Assembly: GCA_965216755.1 (NCBI GenBank)
Contig: CBDCGL010000011.1
Location: 640,001-704,000 of the forward strand
Direction: 5' to 3'
DNA: 64,000 bases
Origin: Alphaproteobacteria bacterium
GTDB lineage: Bacteria > Pseudomonadota > Alphaproteobacteria > UBA7887
The notes below the pieces were generated by a model that had not been told where the DNA came from, ran no database searches, and saw only the letters and a list, made by a program, of their open reading frames with translations. Position 1 is the first letter of the stretch. Every line of letters begins with the position of its first letter. This document shows, piece after piece, positions 29,984 to 40,188 of the stretch. The translations under genes and the position numbers were made by a program.

Positions 29984-32314
29984 TCAGCCGGTATAGTAGC
30001 GTCGCACCTCGCGATAAATCATGCCTGAGGTGCCGGTGTCATAGCTCGCATACCGACCGACATCGACCATCGTGATCAAGACGCCGATGACTTTGGCGCC
30101 TGCATCGGTAATCTTTTCCAGAGCCGCCGCCGCGGCTTTGATCGGCGTTTGCCCCCAGCGCGACAACAGGACCGTCGCGTCAGCAAGCTCACCAAGAACC
30201 AGGCTATCGGTGACGGCCAGAATCGGTGGCGAATCGAGAATGACCAGATCGTACTGCTCGCGTGCCGAATTCACCAAATCGCGCATCCGCTGCGACGCGA
30301 GAACCTCGGACGAACGTTGGACGGGGCGACCACCGGTCAACACATTGGCCTGGGTCACGGGATCCGTTTGCACAGTATCAGCAAGCGCGGCATTGGCACG
30401 GAGGCAATCGCCCAGACCGGGCCGTTTCGGCAGTTCAAACGCACCATGAATCGAAGGGCGTCGCAAATCGCAGTCGATGGTCAGGACTCTTTTGCCAGTC
30501 GACGCGAGTAAGCGCGTCAGCGCCGCGCAAATCGATGTCTTGCCCTCGTTAGGCAACGCAGAAACGATCAAGACCACCTTCGCCGGGGTGTCGTCGCCGG
30601 CCATCAAGATGCTCGTGTAAAGACTGCGTATCGCCTCGCCGAACGCGGAGCCGGGCTTCTCCAGTACAAAACTGGATGGTGATGCTTCCGATCGCCATCC
30701 GGTCCGTAGCCGCGGCACGATTCCCAACGGTACGGCGCCGAGGCGTCGCTGGACTTGGTCTTCTGTCCTGATCGTTTGATCGAGCGCTTCCGCGATTAGC
30801 GCAATCAAAATTGCGACCGCGATCGACGCGGCACACGCCGCGGTCAGCAGCATATTTGTTCGTGGAAATGACGGAGACAGAGGAACACCGGCCTTCGAAA
30901 TAATCGCCGCATCCGGTTGTTGCACGGCCTCGCGCGAATCGGTTTCTTTGTAACGGGCGAGAAACTCCTCCAGCAAGGCGCGACTTGCTTCGGCTTCCCT
31001 TTCAAGTGCGCGAAGTTGAACTTCCTTTGAATTTTGCTGGCCCACTTCGCCCTTGAGTTCGTTGACGGCACGATTGAGCTCGGTCTCGCGCGCCTGAGCA
31101 ACCGCAACTTCATTGCGCAAGGCTTGGGTAATTTTGATGATTTCCGCGTTGATCGCGTTGCGCACGTCAACCGCTTCCGCGCGCTTGTTGATCATGGTCG
31201 GATGACGGTCGCCATACTCTTCGCCGAGTTCGGCGACTTCTTGGGCGATCTGGATCTCCCTTTGCCGCAGGCTGACGATCAGCGGCGAATTTAATACGTC
31301 GCTGACGGTATCAATCCCAGCGCCCGACTGAATGACGTATTCAATCTGGACCAATCGCGCCTCAGCCTCTGCGCGCGCCGACCGCGCAGACATCAGCTGG
31401 CTGCTCGCTTCCGAGACCTGTTCAGCACTCAGCGTCACATCTCGACCGCGTATGAGACCCGATGTCCGTCGGAACGTTTCGACGGCACTTTCGGCGTCAG
31501 CGACTTGGGCGCGCAATTCTTCGATGCGATCGCTCAACCACGCGTTGGCATTGCGGGTTGCCAACGATTTCTGGGCAATCTGCGATTCGATATACAGAGC
31601 GGCCAGTGTATTTGCGACGTGGGACGCGGTTTCTGCCTCGATGGACCGAACACGGAGATTGATGACCCGCGAACGTCCCTCTTGGGAGACGTCTAAGTGC
31701 GATAGAAATATGTTGATGATGAGTTCGCGCTCGCGATCGACCGGTCCGACTATGTCGACGCCGTTCACATGTCCGTCATCGGCAACCCCGTCGAAATCGC
31801 CACTGCCATTCGCGTCCGCCGCTGCGGTGTTGCGGTTGGCTTGCCGCGCCGCGTCCATCAGATCATTCCAGGTATCGGGTACCCAGGCGATGGCCTTGGC
31901 AAGAGCGCCTCGCTCCTTCGGCGGGCGCAGCCGCGGATTGAATTCCGGATTTCTATCCAGTCGCAAGCGGTCGACAACTTGGTCGGCAAGGGCGCGCGAC
32001 CGGATCACTTGAATTTGGCTCTCGACCGTTTCGCGATCACCGGTCAGCCCAGGCAGCACGTCTTCGATTTGTCCGATTTGTGCCAAGCGAGATTCGATCA
32101 TCACCTTGGACGATGCAATGTAGTACGGCTCAAGACTGTACACATAAGCGGCACCGCAAACCGTGCCAATTGCGGCGATGATCACGATCAAGAACTTTCG
32201 CCGCCACACACGGCGCACGAGATCACGTATGTCTGTCTCGCCCGGGGCACGCAATTGTTCGCCCAACCGACGCTGTGGTGTCACTTTCAGATCGTCTGCC
32301 CTGCGATTTAGCAT
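29984..32314 (-). CDS. Polysaccharide co-polymerase / BY-kinase (Wzc/ExoP/GumC)
   Basis: Two TMs with a coiled coil; Walker A SALPNEGKT, IDCDLRRP, VILDSPP; C-terminal Tyr cluster. Confidence 0.93.
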   Translation of the reverse strand: MLNRRADDLKVTPQRRLGEQLRAPGETDIRDLVRRVWRRKFLIVIIAAIGTVCGAAYVYSLEPYYIASSKVMIESRLAQIGQIEDVLPGLTGDRETVESQIQVIRSRALADQVVDRLRLDRNPEFNPRLRPPKERGALAKAIAWVPDTWNDLMDAARQANRNTAAADANGSGDFDGVADDGHVNGVDIVGPVDRERELIINIFLSHLDVSQEGRSRVINLRVRSIEAETASHVANTLAALYIESQIAQKSLATRNANAWLSDRIEELRAQVADAESAVETFRRTSGLIRGRDVTLSAEQVSEASSQLMSARSARAEAEARLVQIEYVIQSGAGIDTVSDVLNSPLIVSLRQREIQIAQEVAELGEEYGDRHPTMINKRAEAVDVRNAINAEIIKITQALRNEVAVAQARETELNRAVNELKGEVGQQNSKEVQLRALEREAEASRALLEEFLARYKETDSREAVQQPDAAIISKAGVPLSPSFPRTNMLLTAACAASIAVAILIALIAEALDQTIRTEDQVQRRLGAVPLGIVPRLRTGWRSEASPSSFVLEKPGSAFGEAIRSLYTSILMAGDDTPAKVVLIVSALPNEGKTSICAALTRLLASTGKRVLTIDCDLRRPSIHGAFELPKRPGLGDCLRANAALADTVQTDPVTQANVLTGGRPVQRSSEVLASQRMRDLVNSAREQYDLVILDSPPILAVTDSLVLGELADATVLLSRWGQTPIKAAAAALEKITDAGAKVIGVLITMVDVGRYASYDTGTSGMIYREVRRYYTG

Positions 32315-32422
32315 GGTTCACACGTGAAACGCGCTAACGATCGCAAGGCCGTGTCGCCAAATTTGGCAGACTCCGGCCGGTGATTTCGCATTTTGCGTTT
32401 CCATCTTGCCACGGCGTTCACC

Positions 32423-34024
32423 TCAGTAGCGCAGCACAAGCGAGACGGAGAGCACGTTCTGGTCGAATTCGACCGTGTCTACGTCCGAAAATCGATTGCG
32501 GTACTGATATGAGGCACTGATATTGATATTTCGATTGACCATATATCGCGCCGATACGCCGGCTCCGAGCGTATTATCGGTCCGACCGACACCTCGGAAA
32601 TCTACGCGATCTAGGCTGACCTTGCCGCCCAGAAGCAAGTTGCGCAACAGCTCGTGATCAACCCTGATTGCGCCCGCGGTCGATAGGGTTCCAGAAGATC
32701 CCGTAACCGTGGTTTCTTCGATGGTGTTGGTGAGCGTGCCGACCACAGTGGTCAATGCCGTCGGGTTCCAGGTTAAGTCTGCACCGGCGGTAAAGCCGCT
32801 ATTGTCCGCGAGTCTCCGATCGTCGTAGCTGCGTTGCTGGTAGCCGACGAAAAAGTCGCCAAACGTGATTCCGCCGAAGTCGATCCGGATACCGGCGACG
32901 CCTGAGACGCCGTCTGAGTCACGATTTATGCCTCCGTCGTCGAACTGATCATCGTAGTCGCGGATACTGTAGGTCCCACGCACGAATGCTTCATATCCGG
33001 GTACGATCTCATATCCGAGGCGGCCAGAACCGGCATATTCGGTGCGGTCGCGGTCATCATTGTTGATCAGGGTGCGCGCGCCCCCAACAATCGCCACCGC
33101 GTCGTCATAGTCGTGCTGTTGGGCATTACCGGTAACTTGAACCCGAAAACGACCGAGTGTCTGTCGCATGTCGAGATTGGCCGCCAGGATATCGATTTCA
33201 GTCGGCTCGCTACCGCCCACATCATCGGGGCTAAACCGTTGCTCATGCGCATTTCTGTAACTTGCGCCAGCGCTCACGATCGTATTTCGCGTGACTTCTA
33301 ACTCGCCGTTGCTGCCGACTTCGTAGTCCTGAAAATCCTCGTCGCCGCGATCCAGATGAATACCGATGTCCCCGTTGGCGTATAGCGACAGTGCATGCCG
33401 CGACCAATCCGATTGCAGCCTGGCGGCCGGAAGGATCCGCGTAATTAGATCATCGATGCCCGAATTGTTCGCAAAGACGTTGTCGTTGTATTGTTCGCGC
33501 ACCGTGACTTGCGGAAAAAACCGGAATGCGCCAAGCCGCGCTCCGAGCGGGTCGAGTTCGGGACGTGGCCGGGTAAGCACGGTTTGCCCGCGCGGCGTCG
33601 CTTGCTCCGCCGTCGGGCGCGCTTGCGCGACCTCGATGCGGGCGCCAGCGCTGGTCGAGCCGGCATTCAACCCGGTCATCGGCGTCGTTGCGTGCGCCAT
33701 CACGGCATCGGTCCGACGCGGTGTCGGAATGTCCAAACGCGGTGCGACGAGTAGCGGACCGCGTACGGCGGCAGCCAGTGTTGGGGAGGTTGTGGCCTGC
33801 GGGGCTGCATCCACCGCACGTGTTCCCGGAACCGGTTCCACCAAGCGCGCGGCGGGGATGGCCGTGACCAGCGAAGCGGCCGCGCCACAATCGCTATACG
33901 TGCACGGATCAAGTTTGGTTCCGGCATATGCTGCGTTGACTATCAATGTGCCGACTAGAGCCGCCACATATATCGCAGCGGTCATCATGTTCATCTTGCT
34001 AAGCAAGTTTGCTTTTTTGTCCAA
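32423..34024 (-). CDS. EPS-associated outer-membrane beta-barrel protein
   Basis: Signal peptide, Pro/Ala/Thr linker, amphipathic strands (YNDNVFA, NDDRDR), C-terminal aromatic residue; adjacent to wzc. Confidence 0.82.
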   Translation of the reverse strand: MDKKANLLSKMNMMTAAIYVAALVGTLIVNAAYAGTKLDPCTYSDCGAAASLVTAIPAARLVEPVPGTRAVDAAPQATTSPTLAAAVRGPLLVAPRLDIPTPRRTDAVMAHATTPMTGLNAGSTSAGARIEVAQARPTAEQATPRGQTVLTRPRPELDPLGARLGAFRFFPQVTVREQYNDNVFANNSGIDDLITRILPAARLQSDWSRHALSLYANGDIGIHLDRGDEDFQDYEVGSNGELEVTRNTIVSAGASYRNAHEQRFSPDDVGGSEPTEIDILAANLDMRQTLGRFRVQVTGNAQQHDYDDAVAIVGGARTLINNDDRDRTEYAGSGRLGYEIVPGYEAFVRGTYSIRDYDDQFDDGGINRDSDGVSGVAGIRIDFGGITFGDFFVGYQQRSYDDRRLADNSGFTAGADLTWNPTALTTVVGTLTNTIEETTVTGSSGTLSTAGAIRVDHELLRNLLLGGKVSLDRVDFRGVGRTDNTLGAGVSARYMVNRNINISASYQYRNRFSDVDTVEFDQNVLSVSLVLRY

Positions 34025-34643
34025 TGCTCTGGGCCCAGGCTTGCGTTACGTCAAGTGGATCGATCTGCGAAGATCAGGTTCTTTGAGAATCACATATGTA
34101 AGCCTGGAGCTCGCCGCAAGTTGCGGTTGAGCGATGCGAGGGGTGATCTTCACCAGGCCACGCGCCAGGGCGTCGGTCGTCGTCGCTCGCATTGCACCTC
34201 CGCCACATTTAAAAGGATACCAGGAATTTACGAAAATTAAACGAAAAACCACCGTAACTACGGCGACATCTAAAGCTGAATTTAGAGATATTTATGGCAT
34301 CATTGTGACGTAGGCCGTGATGTTTGTCCTCAAAACGGCCCATCGGCCACATGCGTTGCTCTCGATGGCGCCGCAACCTGGCAGGGTGTGACATTCCGTA
34401 CATGCGAATGTGGGTCATTCTGACCGCGATAACTCGCTTTGGCTTTGTGATCCTTATGCACGCTTTCGCGCACGGCCGCAGTCTGGCGACTGTGCCTTAA
34501 TTTATTGATAAGAACGATTTTTCATAGGATGTATCGGGTCGATGAATATATTGCATTGGCGCGTCGTCGGGGCTCGCCAAGGACGCCCCGCGGGCCGGCC
34601 GCGGTGTTTGGGCACACGGCCAGCCCGGGGCGGTAGGATACTG

Positions 34644-36047
34644 CTATGGCCAGCTGCGATCGCGCGTCAGCTCGTCCTTGACATCTGCTACCGCGCGCGC
34701 AACGCGGGCGACGGCTTCGTCAATCTCGGCGTTCGAGATCACCAATGGTGGTGAGAATGCGAGTGCTTCGCCATTTGGAAGTGCGCGGCTAACAACGCCA
34801 TGGCGTAAACAAGCCGCGGCGGCCCGTGCGGCAACCTTGAGACTCGGATCGAATGGCGTCTTTTGCTGACGGTCTTTGACCAGCTCGACGGCGGCAATCA
34901 AGCCGACACCACGCACTTCCCCAACCAGCTCGTCGTCAGCGAATGTCGCACGAAGCTTGTCCTGCATATGGCTGCCGGCCCGCGCGGCCCTGGTGACCAA
35001 ATCGTCGCCTTCATACAGGTCGATCGTGGCCATTGCCGCCGCCGCCGCCAGTGGGTGCGCGGTGTAGGTATAGCCATGGCCAAACGCACCCAGGGATTTC
35101 GACCCTTCCAAAATAACATCCCAAATTTCCTCGGAAATCATGCTGACAGACAGTGGCACATAACCGCTCGTGACCCCCTTCGCCATGGTGACCATATCGG
35201 GCTGGATGCCGAAATACTCACAGCCAAACCAGGTCCCCAGCCGTCCAAAGCCGCAGATGACTTCGTCGGCAATCAGAAGGACGTCATGCTTCTTCAACAC
35301 CGACTGTATTTCCTGGAAATAACTTTCCGGCGGCACGATGACGCCGCCGGCGCCCATGATCGGTTCGGCGATAAATGCAGCCACGGTGTCTGGACCCTCG
35401 CGCACGATCAGGTCGTCGATTTCCTGCGCGAGCCGCTTCGAAAACTCGACCTCGGATTCCCCGGGTTCCGCATTCCAAAAATGGTGCGGTGTTGACACGT
35501 GGAAAATGCGATCGATCGGCAGGTCGAATGCCTTGTGAAGAAGCGGCAATCCGGTAAGGCTGGCGGCCGCAACGGTTACGCCATGATAGGCACGCTTGCG
35601 CGCTATGATTTTCTTCTTCTCAGGTTTCCCACGTAAATTATTGAAATACCACATAAGTTTGACATGCGTATCGTTCGCATCAGAGCCTGACATGCCAAAG
35701 AATGCTTTGCTCATGGGGCCTGGTGCAAGTGTTGTCAGACGATCGGCGAGACGGATCGCAGGTTCTGTCGCCATTGATCCGAACCCGTGGTAGTAGGCAA
35801 GCTTGCGCGCTTGTTCCGAGATGGCATCGGCGATCTCAGTTCGTCCATAGCCGACATTCACGCACCACAGGCCGGCCATCATGTCTATATAGGTCTTGCC
35901 GTCGATGTCGGTCAGATTGACACCCTTGCCCTCGGCAATGATGCGTGGGCCATTCGCCATATGATCGGCAAGTGGGGTAAACGGGTGCAACAGGGATTGT
36001 TTGTCCATGTCCGCGAGCGACATGTTCGCACGATCAAGCGGCGTCAT
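34644..36047 (-). CDS. Class III PLP aminotransferase (omega-transaminase-like)
   Basis: GLWCVNVGYG, FIAEPIMGAGG, DEVICGFGR, MAKG and HGYTY motifs. Confidence 0.93.
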   Translation of the reverse strand: MTPLDRANMSLADMDKQSLLHPFTPLADHMANGPRIIAEGKGVNLTDIDGKTYIDMMAGLWCVNVGYGRTEIADAISEQARKLAYYHGFGSMATEPAIRLADRLTTLAPGPMSKAFFGMSGSDANDTHVKLMWYFNNLRGKPEKKKIIARKRAYHGVTVAAASLTGLPLLHKAFDLPIDRIFHVSTPHHFWNAEPGESEVEFSKRLAQEIDDLIVREGPDTVAAFIAEPIMGAGGVIVPPESYFQEIQSVLKKHDVLLIADEVICGFGRLGTWFGCEYFGIQPDMVTMAKGVTSGYVPLSVSMISEEIWDVILEGSKSLGAFGHGYTYTAHPLAAAAAMATIDLYEGDDLVTRAARAGSHMQDKLRATFADDELVGEVRGVGLIAAVELVKDRQQKTPFDPSLKVAARAAAACLRHGVVSRALPNGEALAFSPPLVISNAEIDEAVARVARAVADVKDELTRDRSWP

Positions 36048-36313
36048 GGCTGGTCTCCATATGAGCTGTGCGTGGTGGCGTGATGCGAAATGCTTGGCAT
36101 AAATTCCGCGATCATGGTTTGGCCGTCAAGTCCGCGTCGTTGGTGTGTCATCATTGTTTCGTGGTGTTCCACCGCTGGGCGCGCAGCCAACCACAAACGC
36201 CCGGGCGCGCTTCGAGCAACTCGTGTAGAAAATTGGGATATCTCGTTATCGTATTGATAAAATGAAATAATCTCTCTGAAAGCCGGGTGGGCGCAGTGGC
36301 GGCCGATGTTTGA

Positions 36314-36667
36314 GTGGGAATAGCGATCATTGGAGTTGGGCGCAAGAATGGGAACTCGGCGCGGCTTATGGCAATAAGCATCGCGTCATTGTCGGTATCG
36401 CGTGAGGCGCAGGAACGGGCAAACCTCTGGGATGAAAGCCTAGGGATTGCATATTGCGCACGTATGACCCGCGCAATGGCCATGCACGTCTCTTACCCTT
36501 TCGAGTGGGTCGACCAAACCACGGTAGACAATTGTTTCGCACAGGGCCATGAGGAAGGCCTGGACGAGGGTAAAATGCGCGACATCATGTATCGGTCGCT
36601 GGGTGAATTCAGCAAGCCACCCGCGTATCAGAACTATGATCCGCGCACATTTCGCAAGTCGGAATGA
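36314..36667 (+). CDS. Hypothetical protein
   Basis: Only plausible ORF in the interval; start uncertain (GTG 36314 or ATG 36368). Confidence 0.45.
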   Translation: MGIAIIGVGRKNGNSARLMAISIASLSVSREAQERANLWDESLGIAYCARMTRAMAMHVSYPFEWVDQTTVDNCFAQGHEEGLDEGKMRDIMYRSLGEFSKPPAYQNYDPRTFRKSE

Positions 36668-36686
36668 GCGGACAGTGAGGTGCGGT

Positions 36687-37331
36687 GTGGAACAGATCCT
36701 TGTTTATGGCGACTCGTTGACCTGGGGGATCATCCCCGAAACGCGTTGCCGTTTGCCGTTCGCCGAACGTTGGCCCGGCGTATTAGAGCGATGTCTCCGT
36801 GACCAAGGTCATGACGCGCGTGTGATTGAAGACTGTCTGAATGGCCGCCGCACGGTATGGGCGGATCCGTTCAAGCCGGGCCGCGCGGGCGTGCAGGGGT
36901 TGGAACAGCGGATTGAGGTCAATTCACCTCTGGCTTTGGTCGCGGTCATGCTCGGCACCAACGATTTTCAGGCAACCCACGACATTGGCGTGTCGCTTTC
37001 AGCACAGGGCATAGCGGCGATCGTGCATGCTATTCGCCACGCGCCAGTCGAACCGGGTATGCCGCAACCGGATATCCTGATTATCGCGCCGCCGGAGTTG
37101 CAGACACCGAAGGGCGCAATCGCGGCAAAGTTTCAGGGTGCTGAGCGCCGGTGCCTTGGCCTGGCGGCAGCCTATCAACGCGTTGCCGCAGAGCTCGACT
37201 GCAGCTTCTTCGACGCGGGACGCGTGACAACAACCAGCAAGGTTGATGGCGTCCATCTTGATGCGGATCAGCATCTCACTTTGGGGCGGGCATTATGCGA
37301 TGTGGTTTACCCGCTACTAACCGCATCGTAG
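36687..37331 (+). CDS. SGNH/GDSL hydrolase (arylesterase-like)
   Basis: YGDSLTWG, LNGR, MLGTND and DGVHLD motifs; SD GAGG before GTG 36687. Confidence 0.9.
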   Translation: MEQILVYGDSLTWGIIPETRCRLPFAERWPGVLERCLRDQGHDARVIEDCLNGRRTVWADPFKPGRAGVQGLEQRIEVNSPLALVAVMLGTNDFQATHDIGVSLSAQGIAAIVHAIRHAPVEPGMPQPDILIIAPPELQTPKGAIAAKFQGAERRCLGLAAAYQRVAAELDCSFFDAGRVTTTSKVDGVHLDADQHLTLGRALCDVVYPLLTAS

Positions 37332-37482
37332 CAAGCGATGGTTGATGCCATTGTATATATTTGTTTATTAATAATGTCATATCATCGTTTCTTAATATAA
37401 TAGGTAAAGGTACGCTACGAAAATCGTGCCGCGTGCGAGCGCTTGCCGATGGGGCTATTTGTGTCCGGCAGATGCGCGGGCG

Positions 37483-38715
37483 CTAGCGCCGTGCCGCCAA
37501 TTTCTCGGCCGGTTCTTCGGCGGGCGATGCCGGCACGGCATGCCGTTGCGACAGATCCTGCATGGCCGCCCGAATCTCCAGAAGAAAGCTAAGCGGCGTA
37601 ATCATGAACGCGGATCGTACAAAGAGTTCAAGGAATAATAGGCCTGGCAGCCACGTTGAGCTCGCAAACCCGGGATCGTAGACGAAATGGAACGCAATCA
37701 AGATGAGCGCTGATCCGAGCCAAGATGCCGCCAAGACGAATGGACTGATACTCGTGGATCGGCGCCAAGCGTCACCCGGTCTGGCGTGTGTGTTCGAGAA
37801 TGTCAGGGCACGATAGACCTCGCCGAAACCCATCCATGGTACGACAAGGTTGAGCGGTGGCACGACGGTCGACAGCACGGTCCATCGATACCGCCAACCG
37901 AACCCCGTGATGCCCATGGCCGAAGCCATGATGCGGGCTTGGTAGACGGCAAAAACGAAGACCATGAAGGCGCAGAGCGGAGCAAAGAGTCCTGCGATGG
38001 TGCCGGGGTCCAGCGGGCCAATGCGCCACATAGCCGATCTCAGCTGGCCCCATCCAAAGGCGGCCAACGACACCCAGCCATTCTCACCCGCCCGTAGCTC
38101 CACGGCCATGGCCAGCAGACAGACAACCGGCAGAGCAAAGAAAAAAGCACACAGCGCAAAAGATACGTCGAAGGCGATGAGTTCCCTTTCAATCGCCGCA
38201 GGGAATTCCATTGCCTTTGTAGGACTTTGCGTCGCGCTCGGTTTGGACGACGGCGTTCTCGAGGCGTCAAACTTGTCGACTGTGGTACGCCGAGGCGCCG
38301 CGCGTTGATAGGCTTCAAACTCCGCCAAATTGAACGGCACGCCGAACACCGTCATTTGTTTGGCGCTCCGCTCATTGTCCGGCCCGGCCTGACCCTGGGT
38401 CAATGCGGAATAGTCTGGCGATTGATCGCCCGTCTGGGTGTCGACATTGCCGCTGGCCGCGAAATTCTGAAAACCGGACGCGCGGCGCCATCGGGCTGCG
38501 CCGCTTGGCCGCACCCACGTGGTTTCGATGATCTCGCCCTCGGCCACCGCTGCCTCGAATTCGGTGCCTGAGTGCAGCTGCCGCTCGCGCCCATCGGGTC
38601 CAATAAAGGTCAAAAAGTCCGGTGTGCGGTCAGCAGCCGGCCCCAAGACAATCTTACGCACGATACCCTTCGTTTCATCCGCCGCTGCAGTGTTCCGTGG
38701 CACGAATTGCCGCAC
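37483..38715 (-). CDS. Membrane protein with GYF_2-like N-domain and DUF4328-like TM domain
   Basis: GP...GEIIETTWVRPSGAARWRRA; VPPLNLVVPW; four TMs. Start uncertain. Confidence 0.6.
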   Translation of the reverse strand: MRQFVPRNTAAADETKGIVRKIVLGPAADRTPDFLTFIGPDGRERQLHSGTEFEAAVAEGEIIETTWVRPSGAARWRRASGFQNFAASGNVDTQTGDQSPDYSALTQGQAGPDNERSAKQMTVFGVPFNLAEFEAYQRAAPRRTTVDKFDASRTPSSKPSATQSPTKAMEFPAAIERELIAFDVSFALCAFFFALPVVCLLAMAVELRAGENGWVSLAAFGWGQLRSAMWRIGPLDPGTIAGLFAPLCAFMVFVFAVYQARIMASAMGITGFGWRYRWTVLSTVVPPLNLVVPWMGFGEVYRALTFSNTHARPGDAWRRSTSISPFVLAASWLGSALILIAFHFVYDPGFASSTWLPGLLFLELFVRSAFMITPLSFLLEIRAAMQDLSQRHAVPASPAEEPAEKLAARR

Positions 38716-38946
38716 CGACCGAGAAGCAGCGCCTTATAGTCAAACCAAACGCCGGATCCAACGCATGATGCGCTCGCACTAGCGGGCGACGCCGGCTGGG
38801 CAGTCAAGTCCGGCAGCCCTGGGGGGAAGCCATTTTGCCAGATATTGCGCTGAAAAGCGCATGGATATATTGAGGTCTCTGGCCAAACATTGCCGGTTGG
38901 CTGTGGGCGGGGACTTCGCGCCGCAGCTTTTTCAGGGAAGAACGTA

Positions 38947-39732
38947 ATGAGAACAAAGGCTAACGGGATTAACATCAATTATGAGTTGGTCGGGCCAGAA
39001 GGTGCACCGACCGTTATGCTCAGCCATTCGTTGTCGGCGTCGCTGGATATGTGGTGGCCGCAGATGGCGGCGCTGTCCGCACGTTACCGCGTGCTGCGCT
39101 ATGATATGCGGGGCCATGGTGAGAGCGAAGCGATCAAGCCGCCATACACGTTGGAACATCTTGCCAGCGACGTTCGGGCCTTGTTGGCCGCGCTCGATAT
39201 TAATGACGTGCATTTTGTTGGTCTCTCAATTGGGGGCATGATCGGGCAGGTCTTAGCCACGCGCCACTCAGACGTGCTTCGCAGTGTCACGCTTTGCAAT
39301 ACAACCAGTGTGATTCCGATAGAATTGCAACCGCTTTGGGACGAACGTGTCGGTATCGCTGAATCGTCGGGGGTCGAGGCGCTCGCGACGCCAACTTTGG
39401 AGCGATGGTTTTCAGCCGCCTTTCATGAGCGTGCGCCCGCAGATGTCGCGCGCATACGAGCGGCGATTTGCGCGACCTCGGTTGACGGCTATGTCGGTTG
39501 CTGTCGCGCGATCCAAACCTTGAACGAAACTGACGCCTTAGGTGCCGTGCGCAAGCCGACACTGGTGATTGCGGGCCAGCACGATCCGAGCACGCCGCCG
39601 GCGGCATCCGAGGTAATCCGCGATCGGATTGAGGGCTCTGAACTGGTCGTCCTCGATGCGGCCCATTTGTCCAATGTTGAGCAACCCGCGGCCTTCAATG
39701 ACGCATTGCTCGCCTTTCTGGATAAGGCGTAG
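38947..39732 (+). CDS. pcaD: 3-oxoadipate enol-lactonase-like alpha/beta hydrolase
   Basis: LSHSL, RYDMRGHG, GLSIGG, TLERWF and AAHLSNVEQP motifs. Confidence 0.85.
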   Translation: MRTKANGININYELVGPEGAPTVMLSHSLSASLDMWWPQMAALSARYRVLRYDMRGHGESEAIKPPYTLEHLASDVRALLAALDINDVHFVGLSIGGMIGQVLATRHSDVLRSVTLCNTTSVIPIELQPLWDERVGIAESSGVEALATPTLERWFSAAFHERAPADVARIRAAICATSVDGYVGCCRAIQTLNETDALGAVRKPTLVIAGQHDPSTPPAASEVIRDRIEGSELVVLDAAHLSNVEQPAAFNDALLAFLDKA

Positions 39733-39742
39733 GTCGGTGAGA

Positions 39743-40036
39743 ATGCAATTCTTTCTGAACGCCCCGTTGGCCGTGGCCACGTTGATCTACTTGGCCGCAC
39801 CGGCGCATGCACAAACGGACGATGGCGAGGGCGCGGCAATACATGATCTACGTTGTGGCCGATGCCACAGCTTAGAAGAAACACAAAAATCGATAGGGTT
39901 GGGTACGGGCGATGACGTCACCGTCTTGGACAAGTGGTATCCCCATATTCGCGGTTTCTCACGCGACACGCGGGAGCGTAATCGTCTTATCACTTATTTG
40001 GAGGCATTTCTGCTGGGCCCGGCGCCCGTAAATTGA
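39743..40036 (+). CDS. Small periplasmic monoheme c-type cytochrome
   Basis: Signal peptide ending AHA, then CGRCH; starts 10 bp after pcaD. Confidence 0.7.
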   Translation: MQFFLNAPLAVATLIYLAAPAHAQTDDGEGAAIHDLRCGRCHSLEETQKSIGLGTGDDVTVLDKWYPHIRGFSRDTRERNRLITYLEAFLLGPAPVN

Positions 40037-40188
40037 GCCTGATTGTGGATGAAATAACCGTCCGATCGCGGTCGCATACGAGCCTTGCGTGCCACGTGGA
40101 CCTTGGTTCGTTCCCAAACGGGCCGCCCTGGCCTTGTTCAAACGATGCATGTCACTGCGTCGAAACGTCGGCCCGATCGCGCATCGAT

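Noticed and set aside
36095-36110. sigma54-like TGGCAT-N5-CCGC
   Set aside because: Poor -12 element.
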